Assembly: GCA_963782525.1 (NCBI GenBank)
Contig: CAWAKC010000012.1
Coordinates: 1-64,000, forward strand
Length of the DNA stretch: 64,000 nucleotides
Direction: 5' to 3'
Source: Candidatus Bathyarchaeota archaeon
GTDB taxonomy: Archaea; Thermoproteota; Bathyarchaeia; Bathyarchaeales; Bathycorpusculaceae
Under the pieces are notes generated by a model, which worked only from the letters and a program-made list of their open reading frames with translations, was not told where the DNA came from and made no database searches. The position numbers and the translations under genes were made by a program. Of this stretch, positions 20,075 to 31,174 are shown in pieces (within the stretch, counting starts at the first letter, position 1; each line of letters opens with the position of its first letter).

Positions 20075-21124
20075 TCAACCTATCAGTTTCTTTAGAACTG
20101 GCACTTTTTGGAAGGGAAGAATAATTCCAAGGCAGATAAACAGAGTAACCACTGTTATCAATGGGACCTCGATTATGGAATTCAAGGTGTTTCCGCTGAT
20201 GGTGAAGCCCCATAAATAGCCTCTTTGTAATGTTTCAAGGACGATTACGTGAAACAGGAAAATCGCTAGGGTGCTTTTGCTGATTTGCCTTAGTAGCCAA
20301 TTAATTTTTGGATGAGGCGCTTCTGCGGGGTTTGCTGGAACATTAAGAGTGTTTAGGAGCAGAAATAGCATGACTGCGGATAAAATCGTTGTTGGGCTAA
20401 AGTAGTCTTGGAAGAAATAAGTTTGCGGACCCCCAACCGTAGCAGCTATCGCGTAGGTTCCAACGGCTGTCAAAACTAATCCGAGAGCCAGCAACCCCAG
20501 CAGAGTTGAACGCTTTAATTTTACCGATAAAAGAAAAACCCCCAGCAAAAAGTATCCTACCCACAGAGGAATCGTTAGAAGGTTACTGTCTATATGGAAT
20601 GCTCCAAACAATCCAGGGACAGGTGATATGATTGCTCCAAAGAACCATACACCCAGAAAATACTTGAATGTCTCGCGGTTTACATGAGCTACCACTACTC
20701 GTAGGATTGGTGTAAAAAGATACAGACCCACCAGCATGTAGAGGTACCAGAACTGGTAGTAGGGACCTGACAGAATGCCTTGGGCGATGAAGCTTGAGGT
20801 AAGGGCTATGTTGTCAGCGAAATAGTCCCATGCAAAATAGATGGCGCCCCAAAACAGGAAAGGTAGCCCTATGCGTGCCCAACGTTTCTTGAAGAAAACG
20901 CTCAACGGTTCAGTCTTGGATGGTTGAAGCAGAAGAGCACCCGTCAACATAACAAACAATGGAACTCCCGTTCGCCCCAAGGTTTGGTAAATATTAACTG
21001 CCCACCAACGGTAAATTTCAGCTTGATTCATCACTTGAGGAGCTATTCCCTCGTTGGCTGCGTGGAGCAGAATAACACCTACAATAGCGATAGTGCGAAT
21101 TAGGTCCACTGGAATAGCGTGCAA
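20075..21124 (-). CDS. acyltransferase family 3 (WecH/YiaH-like O-acetyltransferase)
   Basis: DLIRTIAIVGVILLH, VPLFVMLTG.LL, QFWYLY, IFLFH; multi-TM. Confidence 0.88.
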   Translation of the reverse strand: MHAIPVDLIRTIAIVGVILLHAANEGIAPQVMNQAEIYRWWAVNIYQTLGRTGVPLFVMLTGALLLQPSKTEPLSVFFKKRWARIGLPFLFWGAIYFAWDYFADNIALTSSFIAQGILSGPYYQFWYLYMLVGLYLFTPILRVVVAHVNRETFKYFLGVWFFGAIISPVPGLFGAFHIDSNLLTIPLWVGYFLLGVFLLSVKLKRSTLLGLLALGLVLTAVGTYAIAATVGGPQTYFFQDYFSPTTILSAVMLFLLLNTLNVPANPAEAPHPKINWLLRQISKSTLAIFLFHVIVLETLQRGYLWGFTISGNTLNSIIEVPLITVVTLFICLGIILPFQKVPVLKKLIG

Positions 21125-21235
21125 TCTCTCTTGAATCAGCTTTTACACCCTTTGCTTGATACCCTCAGAAGGCATTTTACGCTAATAAGATTTAACTTAA
21201 ATTGGAGAATTAAGATACGTTTCTTGATCGAGCAG

Positions 21236-21961
21236 CTAACTGGAGTTTTGTTGGCTTATAACACGGTATATTTCGTTGGCGATTAATTGTGATCCGTCGG
21301 GGTCAGGGTGAACGCCGTCAGGAAAAAACTGGGAACAATTAGAAAGAGCTGAATGCACATCAATTACAGGCGTATTGGTCTGTTGTGCAACCTGGTCTAC
21401 TCCAGGAATAGTGTTGGTCTCTAAAAATTCAGCGCTTGGCGTTGATCCATTACAGAAAACTGGCGGGGGCTTAACAAGCCAGATCTTTGGCGGGGTTGAA
21501 AGCGCTTGGAACGCTTCAACCAAGCTCACGTAGCCGGCAACAAAGCTTCCGTTATTTGGAGTAATAATCGCGTTGGCATCGTTTGTTCCCAACATAATTA
21601 TCACTATGTTAGGCTGAAACTGTTTTGCCCTCTGAAACTCGATTTGGTGCATGTATGGGCTTAACGAATCAAGAGAGGCTGCAGTTCCACCAACGCCGAA
21701 ATTATCTACAGTATAGTTTGAGCCAAGCAACATCCACAGGTCATCTGGATAATAAGTTCCTCCAGTAATACTGTCGCCGACACATGCAACTCTAATCTTA
21801 TCTGACGAATTATCTTTACTTCCTGACAACATGAAAAACGATGTAGCCCCTGAAAGAGTAACTAGAAGGACTAAACCGATCGCCAACAACGTTAATTTCT
21901 TCTTATTCATTTTACGCTCTCGCAGTACGTTAAAGCTTAATCTGCTAAAGTAAAATCCCAC
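21236..21961 (-). CDS. membrane-anchored SGNH/GDSL hydrolase
   Basis: GDSIT, NFGVGG, LGTND, DGVHP blocks; N-terminal TM; start probably MNKKK at 21910. Confidence 0.9.
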   Translation of the reverse strand: MGFYFSRLSFNVLRERKMNKKKLTLLAIGLVLLVTLSGATSFFMLSGSKDNSSDKIRVACVGDSITGGTYYPDDLWMLLGSNYTVDNFGVGGTAASLDSLSPYMHQIEFQRAKQFQPNIVIIMLGTNDANAIITPNNGSFVAGYVSLVEAFQALSTPPKIWLVKPPPVFCNGSTPSAEFLETNTIPGVDQVAQQTNTPVIDVHSALSNCSQFFPDGVHPDPDGSQLIANEIYRVISQQNSS

Positions 21962-22175
21962 TATCCATTAAACTTACCGAGAAAACTAAGGATTCTACTT
22001 GGTTAAAGCCTCAACCAGATTTGCGATTTCCAACATTCATTTTCCTTAAAATCAAAACCCTGTAATCTAAAGTTGAGAGCGAGTTTTCACTTAAGGTATT
22101 TTTCGATAAAGCTTTAAATTCTGCAAAAGTCAGAGAAAAGGTGCAAACCAACCCATCAAGAGTTGGTTTTTATTT

Positions 22176-22288
22176 GCCGGGGTATCCTAGCCAGGCAGGG
22201 AGCAAGCCTGGAGATGCACCTTAAAGGGGCACCAATTAGCTTGTGGCCTCTCGGGGCCGCGGGGGTTCAAATCCCCCTCCCGGCGCCA
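22176..22288 (+). tRNA. tRNA-Ser(GGA) with 24-nt canonical 37/38 intron (22214-22237)
   Basis: GCCGGG/CCCGGC acceptor + G + CCA; CAAGC-CTGGAG|intron|A-GCTTG; long variable arm GGCC..GGCC; TTCAAAT T-loop; relaxed BHB motif. Confidence 0.92.
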
Positions 22289-22606
22289 TTTTACTGGTTG
22301 GGGGTTGTTTTTGAGCTTATTTTGTCTAAAATCTACATATTTTAAGTTATTTTAAATTAGTGATTTGCTTCATTTGAAATCTTGCAAAAGCAGGAGGCGA
22401 TCAGTTAATCGATGATTAGAGGAAGCCAAGATAATTTGCATGCAAGCAACTTCTTTGAACCCCTAAACAGGGAAGGGAATAGCACCTCAAGTCAGATGCC
22501 CATCCCCATACCGAAACTGGGTCAAAACATTTTTTCTTGAATAGGGGCGCGGCGCTCTTATCATAAGGCACAAATGACGTTACATAGAAGAAAATGGGGC
22601 GGGTGC

Positions 22607-23746
22607 TCATGCGTTTTCCGTAGCGGCTTCTACTATTTTCTTGATTTCAGCGTTTAGAGTGTCTGGTAGTCCAAGTATCCCTACGTCCATGAAACCGCGT
22701 ATAATCACAGAAACGGCTTGATCGCGTGACAGTTTTCGCGTCATAAGATAAGTTATTTCTTTTTCTGAGATTTTTCCCACCGCTGCTTCATGCGTTATCT
22801 CCACACCTTTCTTTTTAGCGATAAGCTCAGGAATAGATTGCATAAACGATTCATTGTCCATCAGTAAGCCGCGGCATTCCAAGTGTCCCTTGCAGTCGTT
22901 GCTGTCGCCTTCTATCATGCCTCGGATGATCATTTTTGAGCCCTCACGAGAAATGGCACGACTAATCATCTCTACCTTGCTTCCCTTTCCAGTCAGAACA
23001 GCCTTTGTTCCAATGTCCAACTGAGAGTTTTTGTATCCGTAGAGAATGCTGTTGAAGCTTGCCCGTGAGTCTTCTCCATTGCAGTATGCTACAGGATACA
23101 TTTGAATGTCCTTTACGGGGCGCATGCATACATAGTTCGATACGAATGTTGCTTTGTCAGCTATTTCGGTTGCGCTTCTCGGTCGGACAAGGGTGCTCTC
23201 GCTCCATTGATGAATCATTGTGAAGTTGAGCGTAGCGCCTTTTTTGACGTAAATTTCGGATACGCCTAGGTGCGCCGCGTTTTTAACCGTTGAGTGTTGA
23301 AGGCAACTGGTGATTATGTGTGAGTTTGAACCTTCCTCAGCGATTATGATATTGTGTACTCTTTGTTCAATATTCTTCTGAGTGATCATCATGCATGATT
23401 GGAGCGGAAACGTCACTTCGGCGCCGGGAAGAATCCGCATGAAATAGCCTCCGCTATAGTCCTCAGCCACTTTCTTGGTGAATTCGTCCTTGTTTTTGTC
23501 AACTATTTTCCACATATAATCGTTAAGCCAAGAGTACTTTTTCAGAGCTGTCTTAATGTCCAGTAGCTCGATTTTTTCTTCGAAAAGCTGGTTTACCTTT
23601 GCTTGGACAGTTGTTTGATCCAAGTGGAAATAAGTGGCTGAACGGTTTTTGTCGTCTGATTCAATGCCAGCTTTTTGCGCCTCTTCAAGAATTTTATGTG
23701 GAACTTTTGTCAATTCATTTTCTGTTGTCAGTTTTCCAGCCTCCAA
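22607..23746 (-). CDS. sufB: SufB/SufD-family Fe-S scaffold (minimal SMS-type SmsB)
   Basis: FPLQSC, QRVHNIIIAEEG, GHLECRGL, PEL..THEAAVGKI..YLM.R. Confidence 0.92.
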   Translation of the reverse strand: MEAGKLTTENELTKVPHKILEEAQKAGIESDDKNRSATYFHLDQTTVQAKVNQLFEEKIELLDIKTALKKYSWLNDYMWKIVDKNKDEFTKKVAEDYSGGYFMRILPGAEVTFPLQSCMMITQKNIEQRVHNIIIAEEGSNSHIITSCLQHSTVKNAAHLGVSEIYVKKGATLNFTMIHQWSESTLVRPRSATEIADKATFVSNYVCMRPVKDIQMYPVAYCNGEDSRASFNSILYGYKNSQLDIGTKAVLTGKGSKVEMISRAISREGSKMIIRGMIEGDSNDCKGHLECRGLLMDNESFMQSIPELIAKKKGVEITHEAAVGKISEKEITYLMTRKLSRDQAVSVIIRGFMDVGILGLPDTLNAEIKKIVEAATENA

Positions 23747-24491
23747 CTACTCTTTTTCTGCAGGCTACGCATTCCTCGTAACCTACCTTCTTAATATCCT
23801 TGTAGATGTTCATGGGATGTGTGTAACAGTGAAACTGCCCGTCCAAAAGAATAAACCCATACTTAGCTTTGATATACTCCAGTATATCACCCTTGTGAGT
23901 TATCACCAAAGCTGAGCCTCCGCTGCTTTCTATGTAGCGTTCAATTTCTGTTGCAATCAGCTTCAGACTTTCTACATCCACGCCTGAGTCAGGCTCATCT
24001 AAAAGGAGAAGTTTGGGTTTAAGGAAAATCAGTTGAAGAATTTCGGAGCGCTTCTTTTCGCCGCCGGAGAAGCCAACGTTTAGATCCCTGCTTAAGAAGT
24101 CAGTTAATTTGAAGGCTTCAATTAAGCGTTGTTCTTCTGCGCTGAACGGTTCGTCGGTTTTCTTGCCCAGACAAAGTTTCAATAGGTCTGCGAGTTTGAC
24201 GCCGGTGATTTCTGGAGGATTTTGGAAGCTGATAGTCACGCCGAGCTTTGCCCTTTCCTCCACAGTTTTGGTCGTAATGTCTGTTCCGTTGAACGAGATT
24301 GTTCCTGATGTTGCCTCGTATTTGGGAAGTCCCATAATTGTACTTAGAAGCGTTGTTTTGCCAGAACCGTTGGGTCCAAAAAGAATGTAATTCTCGCCGC
24401 TTTTGAGGTTGAAAGTCACTCCTTTGAGGATAGGCTTTCCTTCAACCTTAACAGTCAAATCTTTAACTTCAAGAATATCCATGACAATCAA
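23715..24491 (-). CDS. sufC: SufC ATPase (SMS-type SmsC with C-terminal CxxC)
   Basis: GPNGSGKTT, LNVGFSGGEKKR, LDEPDSGVD, C-terminal EECVAC. Confidence 0.92.
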   Translation of the reverse strand: MIVMDILEVKDLTVKVEGKPILKGVTFNLKSGENYILFGPNGSGKTTLLSTIMGLPKYEATSGTISFNGTDITTKTVEERAKLGVTISFQNPPEITGVKLADLLKLCLGKKTDEPFSAEEQRLIEAFKLTDFLSRDLNVGFSGGEKKRSEILQLIFLKPKLLLLDEPDSGVDVESLKLIATEIERYIESSGGSALVITHKGDILEYIKAKYGFILLDGQFHCYTHPMNIYKDIKKVGYEECVACRKRVVGGWKTDNRK

Positions 24492-24840
24492 AGACTATTT
24501 AACGTAAAATAAACCTTTTGTGAGATACAACTTGAAGGATGCTTTAAAAAAAGCACTCACCCATGAAATAAAACTTTTTTGTTAAAGCGCACGCATGCAC
24601 ACACATTTTCGAAAAATAATATCGGGCATGAAATTTTCTGGAGATTCTTAATCTAAGCAAACTATTGTTATTCTATCTCTTTGAACCATTCTTTAAAATG
24701 CTACCTGTTTCTTCATTGGGTCCCTTAAAAACGCGTATGCCGTACGTCCCTCGGATAATTTACGAGAGCGGGTATAAATTACGAAAACTCGCAACTTCGA
24801 GGAGTGAGAAAAGAGTGCCGAGATAGCCCTCCTATTTGCA

Positions 24841-25357
24841 TTGATCGCCACTGCAGTATCATCAGGTCTTCTAATCTACAAAAGGCGTGCCACCAAGAAA
24901 TATAACTCCCTGGCATTGAAAACAGATGCATCCAACTCAATCAAAGATGTACTCACGTCCATAACAGCCTTCATAGGTATCGCTCTGACCAGGTACCTCA
25001 ACATCATTCAGTTTGAGGCCATAGCAGAAATAATAATCTCATTGTTCGTTTTCACAATGGTGTATACAATAATAAGAGAGACCTCTTTGGTCCCTGATGG
25101 ATGCTTGCCAATGCCCAGAAATCTTAACAGACATAGAAAACATTGCCAAAAGTGTCAAGCGGGCTAAGCAGGTGCATAGCCTACGAATGAGAAAATATGA
25201 CCCTACCTAATTGGCGATCTACACGTGTAGTTGACGCTGACCTAACGGTTAGGGATTCGGGCAAAATGGCTTACGAAATAGATGAACGCGTGAAAAGGAA
25301 TTTGATGAGGTAATAGAGATAAAGGTGCGAATAGGCCCTGAACCCGTAGCAAACTAA
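24841..25357 (+). pseudogene. cation diffusion facilitator (FieF-like) fragment
   Basis: S.ALKTDA...KDV.TS, then frameshifted VHSLRMRK..YLIGDLHV C-terminal remnants. Confidence 0.65.
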
Positions 25358-25602
25358 GCGCGTGCTAATATAGCAAAGCATAGATGTGTGAGAAACCTCT
25401 ATGAGATCTAAGCAGCGAGAAAAATAATCGTTTATACTTCATGACAATATTCTCGGCGCGCCTTGCTTGATCTTAAGCAGTTCGTCTATGGTGGGTTAGC
25501 GCGGTGCGCTTTCGCAATCGTATTCGCAGTCTGCTTCTATTAGTTGGCAAACTTCTTGTTCCGAGTTAGCTACTTATGCTGTACTGCCGTCACTATCTCT
25601 TG

Positions 25603-27805
<2,203 letters not shown>

Positions 27806-27872
27806 TTATGTCTTAGTTTTCTACAGATTTAAAGATTAAGCAAGTTTGACTATTTTGAACAAATAAATAATT

Positions 27873-28895
27873 TAGACGTGTGCGCAATTCATTTTTTATA
27901 GTTCCGATAGGTAAGTTATCTTTGAGCAAGTCTGGGATCGTACCCGTAAATACCATTGATTTGGTGTCTTTGAGGGCTCCATGATCATTTGTTGTTGGGT
28001 CAAGCCCAGTACTTGCTTACCGTTTTTAGACTTTGCTCGCCAACAATAAGCGATCGTATTGCTTCAGCATCATAACTAATCAAGCCAGCCATCACCATAG
28101 CCGCCTTCTTCACCAAACCCTTAGGCCTCACCCAGCAATTCCTCAAAACGTTAGCTTTAAGATGCCCATTAAACTGCTCAACCACATAACGCTTAGTCTC
28201 CAAGAGTCTAGCATGTTTGATTCTTTTGCGTTTTCCCCTTCTAGGATTAGGAGCAATAACAGGCTCAGCTTCAATGCCCTTGGCTGCTCTTTTGTTTGTT
28301 TTCGAGTCATAACCCGCATCGGCCAAAACGTATTCTGCTTCCAAATCCTCAATGAGACCGGGAAGAAAAGGCGAGTCATAACGATTACCAGGCGTAACAA
28401 CTGCTCTCAACGGCAACCCCAGCTGATTTACCGCTGCATGAAGCTTGAAACCTCTGAATTTTCCACGGCTCGTGTGACCCCAGCCCGCTTCCATATCGTA
28501 GAGATCCACTAACGGCGTTGAGTCAACAATTAGAATAGTGGTCGGTGTCACTAGTTGAAGCATAGCCGATATCTTCTTAAAAGTTTCTTCAAGAACGTCA
28601 AGATAGCGTCTCCACCATCTTCCAACAGTGGTTCTATTGGGTACTTTGAATAAACCAAGTGTTCTAGCAACGTCCGTATGCTTCTTTAGATGTTCAATTA
28701 CACGTGTGTCGTTCTCTAATCCTTTCAGTCTGGCATAAACGAGAACTCTTAGTGCTCTTAGGCGTCCGTAGCCTGGATTTCCGCGTCTTTTGGGTTCTAC
28801 AGAAACGATTGCTTTGTTGACGAAAAGCCTGACAACTTCACAGGCTTCCATACTAGAACATAATTGGGAAGCAGCTTAAATTCTGCACACCCCTA
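27873..28895 (-). mobile_element. IS element (IS5-like, DDE_Tnp_1), about 1.02 kb
   Basis: Imperfect TIRs TAGACGTGTGCGCAATTCA / TAGGGGTGTGCAGAATTTA; flanking direct repeat AATAATT at 27866-27872 and 28896-28902. Confidence 0.85.
28000..28851 (-). CDS. DDE transposase
   Basis: IVDST, GFKLH, LADAGYDS, RYVVEQFNGHLK. Confidence 0.93.
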   Translation of the reverse strand: MEACEVVRLFVNKAIVSVEPKRRGNPGYGRLRALRVLVYARLKGLENDTRVIEHLKKHTDVARTLGLFKVPNRTTVGRWWRRYLDVLEETFKKISAMLQLVTPTTILIVDSTPLVDLYDMEAGWGHTSRGKFRGFKLHAAVNQLGLPLRAVVTPGNRYDSPFLPGLIEDLEAEYVLADAGYDSKTNKRAAKGIEAEPVIAPNPRRGKRKRIKHARLLETKRYVVEQFNGHLKANVLRNCWVRPKGLVKKAAMVMAGLISYDAEAIRSLIVGEQSLKTVSKYWA

Positions 28896-29125
28896 AATAA
28901 TTGAGTAAAAGCGCACTAATAGAGATGCTACAAAAAATCTAGATGTAGAGATCATTGTAGACGAGAGTAATCTTCCGACTTGCCACTAATGTTTTTACTG
29001 GCAAATTGGGGCTAGGATCCTCCCCCTTCCCGGCGCCAATTAGTTCTTCAAACAGCTGATACGATTAGTTTTGAATGTTATGAAAATAGCAAAAGATAAG
29101 TCAAAAAAACACCGAATTAATTTTT

Positions 29126-30061
29126 TTATGCTATACTTTTTCTAACATAAGCTGAAGCTTTCATCGCCGCCATCGCACCTTCGCCTGCTGCTGTGACAAC
29201 TTGCATGCCGCCGCAGGTGCAGTCTCCTGCTGCAAAAACTCCTTCGATGTTTGTTTTTTGTTGTCGGTTAACTGTTAGGCAACCACCGTAATCTGTGTGT
29301 ATTCCAGCACGCCTCACAACCGCTGTCATGGGCACGTTTCCCATTGCAACGAACACCCCCCTAACTGCTAGTTCAACTTCTCCCTGCACACCAGGACTTT
29401 GAAAGTGTATGGTGTTAACCATTTGTTCGCCGACTATCTTTGTAACTTGTCCTTTCACGATTTCTATTTTGGGTTTATTTTGAAGTTTAGCAAGCAATGT
29501 TTTGTCAATGGTTAAGTCTTTTCCTTGAGTAACTATGGTTATTTTGCTTGCAACGTCAGCTAAAGATAATGCGTCAGCCGCTGCATCTTCTCCATTGCCG
29601 ATCACCGCAACTGCTTTATTGCGGAAAAAGGGGCCATCGCAGACAGCACAATAACTGACGCCTCTGCCCAAAAATTCGGTTTCGCCCTGTACCGAAAGTT
29701 TGCGTCCCTGGGTTCCGGTCGCTATAATTATTGCGGGTGCTTGGTAGGTTTGTTTTCGCGAAATCACTTTTTTTGCTTCTGACTCCAAATCTAAACCTAT
29801 CATTTCTTCGTCACTTCTGAATTCAGCGTTGAAACGTTCTGCTTGCATCCTCATTCGGTCAGCTAGTTCGTTGCCCGAGATGCCGTCGGGGAAACCTGGA
29901 AAATTCTCTATCTTAGGTGCTAACCCAGCTCTGCCGCCCGTCACTCCTGCCTCTAAAACAACGGTTTTTAACCCAAGCCAAGCAGAGTAAATGGCTGCAG
30001 TTAAGCCGGCTGGTCCAGCTCCAATGATAACAATATCGCATTTTTGGTTTTTCTCACTCAC
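29126..30061 (-). CDS. trxB: thioredoxin reductase
   Basis: IIGAGPAGLTAA, IENFPG, GRGVSYCAVCDG, GVFAAGD. Confidence 0.92.
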   Translation of the reverse strand: MSEKNQKCDIVIIGAGPAGLTAAIYSAWLGLKTVVLEAGVTGGRAGLAPKIENFPGFPDGISGNELADRMRMQAERFNAEFRSDEEMIGLDLESEAKKVISRKQTYQAPAIIIATGTQGRKLSVQGETEFLGRGVSYCAVCDGPFFRNKAVAVIGNGEDAAADALSLADVASKITIVTQGKDLTIDKTLLAKLQNKPKIEIVKGQVTKIVGEQMVNTIHFQSPGVQGEVELAVRGVFVAMGNVPMTAVVRRAGIHTDYGGCLTVNRQQKTNIEGVFAAGDCTCGGMQVVTAAGEGAMAAMKASAYVRKSIA

Positions 30062-30134
30062 CGTAAAACCTCACAAAAAAACATACTATAAAAAATCTAA
30101 GCTTAACTAATATCTTTTGGATACTGCAAAGTTA

Positions 30135-30491
30135 CTATATTTCTTCTTCGTCTATGTTGAGGAACTTTTTTATGGTTGCCATAATTTCCTGCAATCCCTT
30201 ATCTGTTAATGGCGGATTATATGGAATCCTAAGTACATCCCAACCCTGCGCAATCAGAAGGTCAGTGATTTCTTCGTCTCGTTCGATGGCTTTGTCTTTT
30301 TTGTGGACTGGGTTGCCGTCTAAGTAAACGATTTTGCGTTTTTCCATCCAGCAGAAGTCAGGGATTGTGGATTTGAGGATGATAGGCTGTTGCGTAACCA
30401 TTCCAGTGGTCAATCCAGTAGCGCTTAAGGATTTGAAAACTTCAATTTCTGCTCGGCTAACTTTGGGGTGCATGCGTTCTTTATAGCTCAA
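30135..30491 (-). CDS. DUF559/Vsr-like endonuclease-fold protein
   Basis: S.AE..PDF..VYLDG..H..D..R..L...GW.VLRI pattern. Confidence 0.75.
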   Translation of the reverse strand: MSYKERMHPKVSRAEIEVFKSLSATGLTTGMVTQQPIILKSTIPDFCWMEKRKIVYLDGNPVHKKDKAIERDEEITDLLIAQGWDVLRIPYNPPLTDKGLQEIMATIKKFLNIDEEEI

Positions 30492-30581
30492 ACTAAGTCA
30501 CGAACGCTAGCATTGCATGTGTACCTTAATAAATTATATACTAGAACCCGATTAAATCGTAAGGGGCAATTCGTAACCAAA

Positions 30582-30729
30582 AAGTAGGCTTGGCGGATCG
30601 CCTGTGTCAACCCAAGACGCCAATCAAAAGTAGTCCCCTAATCCTTCTTTAGAGGCTCAGCGACTGCGCGTCATGGTTGGCGGCTGACCCGTCAAGCGTG
30701 GGTGTACCTCTTGGATGGCTATTTCTCGC
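30582..30729 (-). ncRNA. candidate structured non-coding RNA
   Basis: GC-rich island in an AT-rich intergene; multiple nested stems; ends in a T5 run. Confidence 0.45.
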
Positions 30730-30858
30730 AAATAAACAAGTATTCGTCAACTATATTTGTCGTTGTGACTGTACTCTGGTAACAACAAGCATACAAGTTA
30801 CGATTCTGCATCAAGCACAAAAAAGGTAAACGAGTTAGATTTAGGGTCACTTGTTGCA

Positions 30859-31119
30859 TTAATAATTTCTTATTTGTTCTTGTTCTTCAAAAATGATGGG
30901 CACTAAAGTAACGTTGTCTTTGGTGTTTTGTGGTTTTTTCTGAGTGTGTTTTTGGTTGTCCATGGCGTACATGCACCAGCCCATGAAGCCTATGAAGATG
31001 AGCGCGGGAAGAAGCATAATCATTAATCCTTTACTCCGTTTACGCTTAACTCTTCGATCTACCAACTTTGAACCCGAGCAATATTCGGTAGGAAGTGAAG
31101 ATAAGCCTTGATAAGCCAA
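30859..31119 (-). CDS. small single-TM protein
   Basis: MLLPALIFIGFMGWCMY TM segment; start uncertain. Confidence 0.6.
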   Translation of the reverse strand: MAYQGLSSLPTEYCSGSKLVDRRVKRKRSKGLMIMLLPALIFIGFMGWCMYAMDNQKHTQKKPQNTKDNVTLVPIIFEEQEQIRNY

Positions 31120-31174
31120 AATATAGATTAAAAATACACATTAAAAGAAAAAAAGAAACTGTTGGAAAGGCTGC

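Noticed and set aside
22163-22345. 60-aa ORF
   Set aside because: It overlaps tRNA-Ser and is spurious.
30670-30720. Resemblance to a SAM-I riboswitch (AUCCAAGAG..GCCAACC)
   Set aside because: The GGUGC and GAAAGAU elements are missing, and the downstream gene is unrelated to sulfur metabolism.
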